From a virus, in IMG/VR virus record IMGVR_UViG_3300017971_004103, positions 12,764 to 76,763 of that record: a stretch of DNA of 64,000 nt; one strand, written 5' to 3'. Numbering within the stretch: position 1 is the stretch's first letter; each line of letters begins with the position of its first letter. This document shows positions 47,438-56,100 of the stretch, piece by piece. The notes beneath the pieces were generated by a model that was given only the letters and a program-made list of their open reading frames with translations, did no database searches and was not told the DNA's origin. The position numbers and the translations under genes are program-made.

Positions 47438-47757
47438 GATGTCCTCCTCAAAATTCCGATTTCGCAATTTTTCAAGACAAAATCGGGGGTGAGCTTGCCC
47501 TTGAGGGTGGGGTCAGACATTCGGCAAGTGAGGCGGAAAATTAGAGCTTCATCACCGGATGCCATTTTCACCATTCTTCGATTAGTGGGGATGAGGATTC
47601 CGGTTATTGCCGAGATGGCAGAAGCCGTCTCAGCATAACCGATTGTGCTGTCGAATGTACCAGCACTCAACCATTTTTTGGCCGTCTCAACATCCACTAG
47701 AAAATAATCGTATTTTCCCGGAGATGTGATAACGGCACTATTTAATATATATCTCAT
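47434..47757 (-). CDS. DUF1874/STIV-B116 family protein (AcrIII-1 ring-nuclease-like)
   Basis: YILNS, S.IG[Y]..TA, NR......GDEAL.F.L..R match the family, but the GH histidine is Tyr. Confidence 0.75.
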   Translation of the reverse strand: MRYILNSAVITSPGKYDYFLVDVETAKKWLSAGTFDSTIGYAETASAISAITGILIPTNRRMVKMASGDEALIFRLTCRMSDPTLKGKLTPDFVLKNCEIGILRRTS

Positions 47758-48221
47758 ACTTCGACGGCCTCCTCGCCGTCTAGGAGTACATCATTACCCA
47801 AAGGGATAAATCCATCGGGAGTAAATTTATCATAACGCACCCCATGTCTGCCCTTATAGGTATCATGAGCCAGAATAGATTCACAAGTGACAATCCCGAT
47901 ATTGGATTCAGAATTGCCATAACCCCCACAACTAGAGGCCATGAAAATGGGTTCGGGGGATACGTTTACACCATAACCACCGCCCATGAAAACACCCACC
48001 ACTCCCTCCTTTTTGGGTGGGTTGATGAAAATATAGGAGTGATTGCCCTTTTCGTAATAGGCAACCTCTCCCTCAGTTTGTGTCCACCCCTTATCATTGT
48101 AAGGGATGAACTCACCTTGAAAATCTTTTCCTGATACGATTACCAGGTTGCGCCTCGTGGCGCCATTACTCTTTTCTATTTTTCCCCCTTCATAGGGGAA
48201 ATTAAAATATATTTTACTCAT
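47754..48221 (-). CDS. Hypothetical protein
   Basis: AAGGAG RBS before ATG 48221; ATGA overlap with the next gene. Confidence 0.6.
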   Translation of the reverse strand: MSKIYFNFPYEGGKIEKSNGATRRNLVIVSGKDFQGEFIPYNDKGWTQTEGEVAYYEKGNHSYIFINPPKKEGVVGVFMGGGYGVNVSPEPIFMASSCGGYGNSESNIGIVTCESILAHDTYKGRHGVRYDKFTPDGFIPLGNDVLLDGEEAVEV

Positions 48222-48225
48222 ACAT

Positions 48226-48489
48226 TTACTCCTTTCTCCCGTGCTCATTTTGAGCGCAGGAATGATTCTCAGAAAACAGCCCGCTTGTTTCCCGAGATAA
48301 AATTTCGGCTCTGTGCTCGTACACCCAGCGGGCGTGTTTGCAAACTCTCCCATTACGGGCAGAAGGACACGAACACTTTAGGGACTTAAGTCCCACAAAA
48401 TAAAATTGTCCTGGAAGGGACTCAGACTCAATTGAGACTGTAACCCCATTTTCCAATAGTTCCCAAGATGATGGTACGAATGGTCTCAT
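48226..48489 (-). CDS. SWIM zinc-finger protein
   Basis: CSCP.......CKH; GGAGG RBS. Confidence 0.75.
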   Translation of the reverse strand: MRPFVPSSWELLENGVTVSIESESLPGQFYFVGLKSLKCSCPSARNGRVCKHARWVYEHRAEILSRETSGLFSENHSCAQNEHGRKE

Positions 48490-48743
48490 TTTCCCTCCTT
48501 TTCTAAAAAGGTTAATCTTGCCCGTTTCTCCCACCTACCCAGGCGGGGAAAAGGAACATCTATATCCAATATGGCAGCCCTTCGCACATGCTGTACTTGC
48601 TGCCAAATTCTTAGAAATGTTTCTTCTTCCTTAACCGAGAGAGAAGAAACGATTTTCCCCTTACAACGTATTGCTCCGTCTTTAAGAGAGAAAGTTAAAT
48701 ATCGCCCATCAGGGCAGAAAATTTTTCTGGTGAAAGGTCTCAT
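48486..48743 (-). CDS. Hypothetical protein
   Basis: GGAGG RBS; translationally coupled to its neighbours. Confidence 0.55.
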   Translation of the reverse strand: MRPFTRKIFCPDGRYLTFSLKDGAIRCKGKIVSSLSVKEEETFLRIWQQVQHVRRAAILDIDVPFPRLGRWEKRARLTFLEKEGK

Positions 48744-49093
48744 TAGTCTCCCTCCCTCACCCATTGCCTCATTTCAAAGCGATGGGTACAAGAGTCTACC
48801 AAAGTAGATTCAAAACTAGTTTCTCGCAAGAGTTTTTTCAATCTCTTGCGGGCACGGCTTGGAGTCCGGCCAGCAGCGAGTAAAATACGACGCTCCGGCC
48901 AAATTTCCGACTCATGAAAAGAGCCGTTCCAACCGTTGTCAAACTCTGCCCATTCCGGCAGGTCTCGGTTATCGACTGGTGCAGGAGTATCAATACCCCT
49001 GATAAATGCTACCCACCTATGACTGCGGGTAGCGAAGGAACAATCAAGAAAAAAATGATGCTCCCTAAATTTTTTCAATCTCAATATTTTCAT
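48743..49093 (-). CDS. Hypothetical protein, first gene of the minus-strand operon
   Basis: AAGGGAG RBS before ATG 49093. Confidence 0.6.
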   Translation of the reverse strand: MKILRLKKFREHHFFLDCSFATRSHRWVAFIRGIDTPAPVDNRDLPEWAEFDNGWNGSFHESEIWPERRILLAAGRTPSRARKRLKKLLRETSFESTLVDSCTHRFEMRQWVREGD

Positions 49094-49123
49094 TGGGTCT
49101 CCCTTATAATTAATCTTGATTAT

Positions 49124-49152
49124 AATATAACCCATACGTTATAGTTTGTCAA
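49124..49152 (-). promoter_or_regulatory. Strong sigma70 promoter with overlapping palindromic operator
   Basis: TTGACA-17 nt-TATATT on the minus strand, A/T tract upstream; TATAAC-N6-GTTATA at 49126-49143. Confidence 0.8.
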
Positions 49153-49233
49153 GTCTTTTTTTCAAAAAAAGCACAAAAAAATGAAGAAAAAAGGCTATAA
49201 AAATCAATTATATAGACATTTTAGGTAAAAATA

Positions 49234-50199
49234 ATGAAAAAAGATGTGAAAAAAAAGCTGCTTTATGTTCCGATTGACCAGTTTTCTCATGGGGGAGGCA
49301 GTACATTTTTAATGTCATTGTTACCCTCTGTAGGGCGTAACATCACTCAAGATATAGCTGATGAATGGGATGTTGCCTTAATGATGGGAGCAGAAACCGA
49401 TATTGATACTATTAATAGTATTGTTACAGAAAGAAAAGAACGGGGTGCAAAAATCCTGTTCAGGCTCGACGGAATAAAATATACGAGAATGCCCGAAGGT
49501 ATCGAGCGAATGAAAGCCATGTTTGATATCGCTGATACTGTGGTTTATCAAAGTAATTTTGTAAAATCTGAAGCAGAAAAACTTTGGGGTGAACACAAAA
49601 ATAGCAAAGTAATTTATAACGGTGTTGATTTAGAAAAATTTAAACCCCGAAGACCGGATGATTTTTACAATAGACAACATAGTTTTTTGTACTGTGAATT
49701 TTCCCACAAACTCCACAAGCGAGCACAGGAGGCATTCGGGTTATTTAAAAAGATTATTGGGAAATATCCCAATGCCAAATTAACTATCATTGGTAAATTT
49801 CCCCAGGATTGGGTTAATCAATGTTTCGGATTGCCCCAGGAGAACGTAAAATATTTGTGTCGTATTCCCCATGATGTTATGCCTGGCATTTTGAACAGTC
49901 ACAAGGTTTTATTGTTCCCTTCCGTTGATGAACCTTGCAGTAATTTAGTTTTAGAAGCTATGGCATCGGAAGTTTTGATTATTCACAAAGACAGTGGTTG
50001 TATGCCCGAGCTTTGTGGTGATACTCAGATACTATGGACTGGTGATTTAAATTGCATCGATTCCCTGTATTGCAAATCCCATGATTACCACGCCGGCAGA
50101 TTGCGTGTGCATAAATATTTTTCTAAGTACGAAATGATAAAAAACTATCTGGAGGCATTAGGGGAATATGGAATATCAGGAGTTGTTGAAGAAGGTTGA
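49234..50199 (+). CDS. GT4 glycosyltransferase
   Basis: VYQS.F, VIYNGVDL..F.P, LLFPS..EPC.N.VLEAMA. Confidence 0.88.
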   Translation: MKKDVKKKLLYVPIDQFSHGGGSTFLMSLLPSVGRNITQDIADEWDVALMMGAETDIDTINSIVTERKERGAKILFRLDGIKYTRMPEGIERMKAMFDIADTVVYQSNFVKSEAEKLWGEHKNSKVIYNGVDLEKFKPRRPDDFYNRQHSFLYCEFSHKLHKRAQEAFGLFKKIIGKYPNAKLTIIGKFPQDWVNQCFGLPQENVKYLCRIPHDVMPGILNSHKVLLFPSVDEPCSNLVLEAMASEVLIIHKDSGCMPELCGDTQILWTGDLNCIDSLYCKSHDYHAGRLRVHKYFSKYEMIKNYLEALGEYGISGVVEEG

Positions 50200-50542
50200 G
50201 AAATTAGAACATGATAACCAGGTATTATTTAACCGGATAGACAGGCAGCAAAGAATTCTTAATGAGCTTGTAGCATTGCTTGAGATTAATTGTCTTGAGG
50301 ATATAACCTGGGTGAAAATTTCCAATCACGACATACTTCTAAAAAGTAAAAATCATTTTATTGTCGGAAGATATGGGGAATGGGATACCCTTGGTAATGT
50401 TGTAAGGGAAATGAATGAAAAGGGTAGCGGATTTCGCCTAACCATAAAAGAAAGATATAAACATCTACCCACAAGTATTTTGCCAAGCATTGATCGCAAA
50501 AATTTATATACGAACAACTGTTTAATTGTAGTTAAATTATAA
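50168..50542 (+). CDS. Hypothetical protein
   Basis: Co-oriented ORF with N-terminal coiled coil. Confidence 0.45.
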   Translation: MEYQELLKKVEKLEHDNQVLFNRIDRQQRILNELVALLEINCLEDITWVKISNHDILLKSKNHFIVGRYGEWDTLGNVVREMNEKGSGFRLTIKERYKHLPTSILPSIDRKNLYTNNCLIVVKL

Positions 50543-50564
50543 TCCATAATAGGAGATAAAAAAA

Positions 50565-50843
50565 ATGACAGTAAATGAACTCATGGTTTTCATGAAGGCC
50601 GTAAGACAAAGAATCTATGAGCTTAGCGCTCTAAGATCACAAACATCAACCAGAGAAAGTATTTATAGTGGTGACATAACAAAAGTTATCGAACCGCAGT
50701 ATGATGTTAAGGTGGTCGATAAGAAAATCACAGAGCTCCAGAATTTTCTTTTTAAAGCTGATTCCAAGATCAAACAGAGTAACGCAGTAACAACCATTGA
50801 CATTGATGTTGATGTGGATAGCCTGCTTGAACCGTTACAGTAG
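50565..50843 (+). CDS. Helical-hairpin coiled-coil protein (DIP1984-like)
   Basis: AGGAG RBS; P.YD......I..L.......D..I...NA.T.I pattern. Confidence 0.6.
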   Translation: MTVNELMVFMKAVRQRIYELSALRSQTSTRESIYSGDITKVIEPQYDVKVVDKKITELQNFLFKADSKIKQSNAVTTIDIDVDVDSLLEPLQ

Positions 50844-50848
50844 GTGAT

Positions 50849-50975
50849 AAGGGTTTTATGGAGACAGATATTCCAACATTGTTGATGGGGGAAATTACAC
50901 TATAGTATTGTTATTAATTGTTAAGACCCCCAATGAGGACAATGTTTTTAGTTGCTGTCATTCTATAAAACCTTT
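50849..50975 (+). ncRNA. Candidate long nested-stem RNA with U-rich apical loop
   Basis: Four nested helices; the outer helix has two G-U pairs. Confidence 0.5.
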
Positions 50976-51013
50976 CCACATTAACATCTAATAATCTCAA
51001 ACCTATGAAGGCC

Positions 51014-51116
51014 AAAGCCTCACGAATGTGGGGCTTTTTTATTTTAACATTTAACCTTTTGCAAATTCGTTTGATTGGTCAATGAGGCCCTGCACTCCGT
51101 AGGGCTTTTCGTTTTT
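51014..51116 (+). terminator. Two tandem terminator hairpins before the tail tube gene
   Basis: AAAGCCTCAC/GTGGGGCTTT plus T-tract; AGGCCCTGC/GTAGGGCTT plus T-tract. Confidence 0.65.
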
Positions 51117-51147
51117 GTAAATAAACAATGAAGGGAGGTTTTTAAAA

Positions 51148-52230
51148 ATGTATGGAGGAGACAAATATCTCACAATTCAAGAAGAAACTACTCGCGGCGA
51201 GCTTGTAACCGATGCTCCTATTTTTCTTCCGATTGAATCAGATTCACTTAAAGCTGCATTTGTCGAAGAGAAAAATACTGAGTTTCGGGGTGATGTGAGT
51301 ATCAGAACGCAGAAGGAGATTACGAGGATGGCCCAATCCTGGACTGGCAATATCAGTGGTAATTTTTACCCTGAAGGCGGTTCGTCCAAGATTGGAATAG
51401 GGCTATTTTTAAAATACCTTATGGGTTCTGTGAGTACGCTTCAAGTTGGTTCTAGCCCTACGTATCTGCATAACTTTTTAGCTGTGCGTGATCCGTGGTT
51501 AGTATCGGAACTTGGAGACAAGGGTATTTCAATCCATGTCAACAGGCCCACGGTTGGAAGTACGGTTGAGGCATTTCCATTTAGCGGTGGTCGAGTATCG
51601 GGTTTTCATTTGGTACAGGCACCGTCTGCTAACCTGAAATACACGGTTGACTTATTTGGTCAGCGTGCTCATGTCAGGGATACGGCGATCGCCAATCCGA
51701 CCTATAGTACCATAGGAAAGTTTAAGGGTGCTCATTGTGTAGCCTGGGATGGCGTGACGCCGACTGGAACCGGCCCGAACTATACCGGCTTTGCCCAGGG
51801 TGCTGCCAATGCAATTAGTCTGAGAAGTCTAAACATTGATATTACCAATGGTCTTACAGATCAGGTGGTAATCGGAAGCGGTGTTGACTATCCGACTGAA
51901 ACCGACATCGGCATGATTCAGTCAACTATAAGTTTGACTGCGAAGGCTCATGATCCCGCAACTGGATGGAGTTCGATAGACACTTTTGATAAGTGGATTC
52001 AGGACACCGATATCGAACTATTTTTCAAATGGGATAACACCGAAGCCATAGTAGGCAGTCAGAATTACAGTCTGTTTGTTCATTTTCCGGTTCTGCATAT
52101 TACCGATAGCAATATCGATGATGTGCTAGAGGGAGAAAACCTTTTTAGTATGACTGCCGAGGCCCTAGTCAGCACAACCGACGTCTACAGTGTAGGAATA
52201 TTCCTACAGAACAGTTGTGTAACGATCTAA
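51148..52230 (+). CDS. Tail tube (major tail) protein
   Basis: GGAGGT RBS; L...EETT.G, LP..S.SL, Y.H.F, F.G..V; precedes chaperones and tape measure. Confidence 0.8.
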   Translation: MYGGDKYLTIQEETTRGELVTDAPIFLPIESDSLKAAFVEEKNTEFRGDVSIRTQKEITRMAQSWTGNISGNFYPEGGSSKIGIGLFLKYLMGSVSTLQVGSSPTYLHNFLAVRDPWLVSELGDKGISIHVNRPTVGSTVEAFPFSGGRVSGFHLVQAPSANLKYTVDLFGQRAHVRDTAIANPTYSTIGKFKGAHCVAWDGVTPTGTGPNYTGFAQGAANAISLRSLNIDITNGLTDQVVIGSGVDYPTETDIGMIQSTISLTAKAHDPATGWSSIDTFDKWIQDTDIELFFKWDNTEAIVGSQNYSLFVHFPVLHITDSNIDDVLEGENLFSMTAEALVSTTDVYSVGIFLQNSCVTI

Positions 52231-52258
52231 TCGGAACACAATATTAATTAACACTAAC

Positions 52259-52295
52259 AGGGCGGTAGCAAATTTGTTGCCGCCCTTTATTTTTT
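52259..52295 (+). terminator. Rho-independent terminator
   Basis: AGGGCGGTAGCA / TGTTGCCGCCCT plus T-tract. Confidence 0.7.
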
Positions 52296-52319
52296 AACCC
52301 CTTCATAGGAGAAAAGAAA

Positions 52320-52712
52320 ATGGAAGTAGGAATCAAATTAGATTGGACATGGTATGTACCGGACTACAAAAACAATCGAGAGCTCAAAGAAGAAGAACAG
52401 TTAATGATTGAGATAATGCCACTTGACCACAATGAAAAGGTGAAAGTGGGAAAACGGGTAAAAACCTTTATTCCCGGTGGAACAAGGCCAGGCAAAAAAT
52501 ATGCCGAGGAAACAAACGCTACTACAATCGCAAAAGAAACCTTCATTGAAAAGACAAGGGAAGTTAAGAACTGCGTGGTGAATGGCATAGAGGTTATCAC
52601 CGGAAAGGAATTGTATGAGGCCGACGGTGTAGACAGTGACCTCATTATTGACATTACCAATGCTATTTATGAGCGATCTATCCTGGAAGCCGGTTTAATA
52701 AAAAACTCATAA
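52320..52712 (+). CDS. Tail assembly chaperone (gpG-like)
   Basis: Between tube and tape measure; ends at a slippery A AAA AAC. Confidence 0.75.
   Translation: MEVGIKLDWTWYVPDYKNNRELKEEEQLMIEIMPLDHNEKVKVGKRVKTFIPGGTRPGKKYAEETNATTIAKETFIEKTREVKNCVVNGIEVITGKELYEADGVDSDLIIDITNAIYERSILEAGLIKNS
52700..52706 (+). other. Programmed -1 ribosomal frameshift site
   Basis: X XXY YYZ heptamer AAAAAAC; the -1 frame reads K-L-I-M into the next ORF. Confidence 0.75.
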
Positions 52713-53161
52713 TGGCACTCCGCTTTTTTGATTCCCCCGAAAGCAAGGAATTGCTTTGCAGTGAATGTGAGGAAGAAGACCAGGAGCAAAGAGGCTGTGT
52801 GTCACAAGAGTTTATCAAAGAATGGGAAAATGAGGACACCGGATTCTATATCTATAATTCTGATTTTGTAGATATGGAAAAAGTTTTCTATCAGTATAAA
52901 CCTGACATTGCCTGTTATGTCTGTCCCAGGGCAGTAATATATGATGATACCTATGAGTTAATTACTTTGTATTCACTATGTAAAGACCTTAATTGTCTGC
53001 CCTATCCAGGTAGCTTATATGAGCAACCCGCTACTATTGTAGAGGCATTTAGTATCATTTCAAGCGAAATTAGCAGGCTAGAAAGAAAACACATGAAAAC
53101 AGAAACAACGGAAACATTTGGGAACCCGGCTAAACTATCAACAAGAAAAACTAAGAGATAG
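52712..53161 (+). CDS. Tail assembly chaperone gpT-like part
   Basis: -1 frame relative to the upstream gene; CP, LP.PG..YEQPA..VEA motif. Confidence 0.75.
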   Translation: MALRFFDSPESKELLCSECEEEDQEQRGCVSQEFIKEWENEDTGFYIYNSDFVDMEKVFYQYKPDIACYVCPRAVIYDDTYELITLYSLCKDLNCLPYPGSLYEQPATIVEAFSIISSEISRLERKHMKTETTETFGNPAKLSTRKTKR

Positions 53162-53189
53162 AATGTTTGATTTAAGGGAAGTGTAGGAA

Positions 53190-56100
53190 TTGACTGACCG
53201 AGAGTATGAAATTATTTTGAAGCTGAAGGACATAGCGTCGGGCGGATTATCAAAATTTGGCAAACACGCACAGACGATATCTCAGAAAACAACGGGATAT
53301 TTTAAGAGTATTACTAGGGGTGTGTTTAGTTTAAAGACCGCCATTGTGAGTTTGGCTGGTGCTGCGGGTATAGGTTTATTGTCGAAAAGTTTTGTTAGCG
53401 CCGCATCTACGGCAGAGGGTTTACGTGTTCGATTGCAGCATTTATTGGGAAGTGTTTTTGAGGGAAATAAACTTTTCAAGGCCATGAGTGAATATGCTGC
53501 CAAAGTTCCCTTTGAGTATGAAAATATCATGAGTTCGGCCACTGCTCTAGCAGGTGTAATGAAGGGCGGGATAGAAGAAATTAAAAAGTGGATGCCGATG
53601 ATTGGTGATTTGGCTTCGGTTACAGGCTTGAGCATTGAGGAAACAACGTCACAGGTAATTAGAATGTATTCTGCGGGTGCGGCGGCGGCAGATATGTTTA
53701 GAGAGCGTGGTGTGCTTGCCATGATGGGATTTAAGGCGGGCGTTTCTTACACGACTGAAGAAACAAGAAAGATGATGTTTGATGCGTGGAATAAGGTTGG
53801 CAGCCAATTCAAGGATGCAACCCTAGACCTTGGTAAAACTTGGGATGGTATGCTTTCCATGTTTTCAGATAGATGGTTCCAGTTTCGAAATAAGGTAATG
53901 GATAGCAATGTTTTTGCTGTACTAAAGGAAGGTGCAAGTAAATTACTGGATACACTTGGAAGGCTTGATAAAGAAGGCAAGCTCGATGAATGGGCGGAGA
54001 AAGTTTCTAATGCCATTATTGATCTTACACTGGCACTATTAGAGCTTGCAAAATCTGCCGCCTACATACCAGAGATTTTTCTTAATATAAAAGCTGTCTG
54101 GTTAGGGATCATTGATATTGGGAATCTTGTACTAGAAATAATGATTAAGTTGGGAAAAGCAAGTTTGTGGGTACAGAGAGCATTTAATCCAACTCTTTGG
54201 TTTGGTGCCGGTGCTGAGGCATGGAGAACGATATACAATGAACTTAGCTTATTAGACGATGCCATTGATGAAACCCAACTCAACCTAGAAGCACAGATGG
54301 CTGCAACTAATAATAATATCGAAGCAATGGGAAAATATCGTGAGGAGATAGTTAGTACCATTGATAAAATGAAAGAATGGATCGAAATCAACAGGCAGGG
54401 ATTAGAAGCAGAAGACCAATGGGCATTATCTTTTATTAACTCACTAAATGCCTTTCAAGAAACAAAAAGCAAAATCATTGAGGAAACCCAGGAACTTACC
54501 AAAGAGCAAATTAAGGCCGCAAATGAAAAAGAGAAAATCGAACTTGACCTCCACAATAAAATTTACGAATTAACCCACACCGAACTTGAATTTAAATTAG
54601 AAATGCTTAAGCAGGAAGTCATGGCGATGGCAAATGCCGGGGCCGAAGGATTGAAGGTTATTGAATACTATGAATTAGAAAAGGCAAGAATAATAAAGGA
54701 ATCGAATGATGAATTACTAGAGAAACAAAAAAAAGCCTATAACAAAATGGCTAATGAGTGGAACTCAAAAGTTGAGAGCATGGCTGCTACCTTTAAGGAC
54801 TTAATAGTAGAGGGCTTAGACGGCGAGTTTGAAGATATGGCCGATAGAATTGGAAAAACCTTTAAGAGCATGGTTGCTACTATGGTCACGGATTGGATTG
54901 CGGGCATGCTCAAAATGCAGGAAAACGCCAATCTTAATGTGAACGTATCTGGTTCTGGTGGTGGTGGTGGAATAGGCGGATTAGTGCAAGGTCTTTTTGG
55001 TGGCAAGAATATTCTTAGTTCTGTATTTCAAGGGCTTGGGGGTGATTTAGGAAAAGGATTTATTACAAACTTAAAAAATGCAGGAATGGGTAATTTATTG
55101 AAATACGGTGGAGCTGCTTATAATTGGTCTGCTCAGACTGGAGGACAACAATACACCGCAATAGCAAATATGGAAAGTGGTGCCGTAATGCTTGCAAACG
55201 GTGAAGAAATAGCTGAAAGCACTACTAAGGCAGCAGCAGCGCAGACATCAGCAGCTAATATGACCAGTATGGCAATGAACAAAGTAATGGAATATATCCC
55301 ATACGTGGCTGCGGCTTATAGTGTTTATTCCACGGTTAATAGTGCTATGCATGATCCTAAAAAAGGTGGAAGCGGCAGAGGATATGGTCAAGCTGTCTTA
55401 ACTGGGTTCGCCGCAGGTGGTATAATCGGGGCAGTTGTTATGGCTGCGATCTATGGAATTACTTCAGCTATAACTAAGAGTGGAAAAGTAAGAAGGGAAA
55501 GGCAGCATAGAGCTGCCATGCTTACTGAAGGCTATGAAGGGATATATGAACATAGAGATGAATTTGCAAGCATCCAACAAATGGCAGGAGCGCAAACAAG
55601 TGCTATGCGTGCTACTTCCTATATGAAATATGCTCAAAATTTTAAAAACATGCCTGGCGGTGAGACCGCCTTTGCCGTTCAACAGCAAGCAACAATTTTA
55701 CATAGTATAACAGAGGCAATCGGTAGAGATGCCCCCATAGTATCTTCCCAGGTAAACATGCTTACTAAATCTATGGACTTGATGTTTAACGCATGTAAGA
55801 AGGGCGCTCCTGAAAGCGCCAAGAAATTAGCCGAGCTAAAGGAGTCCATGAAAAAAACTATGGCTCAGGATATTCTTGAGGCATTTGATCATGGCACAAA
55901 GTCTCTTAGAAATGTACGCAAAGAATTACAGAACCTGGGAATGGAAGACGCTGAAATGCAGGCGCAATTATATTCATCGGCACTTGCACAGCTTTTTAAT
56001 GGGACAATGCCAAAAGGAAGTGTACAACTGGAGCGGCTTTATGAAGATATAAAAGAATTAAAAAAAGATATGGAAGAGGCTGAGGCTACAACAAAAGGAA

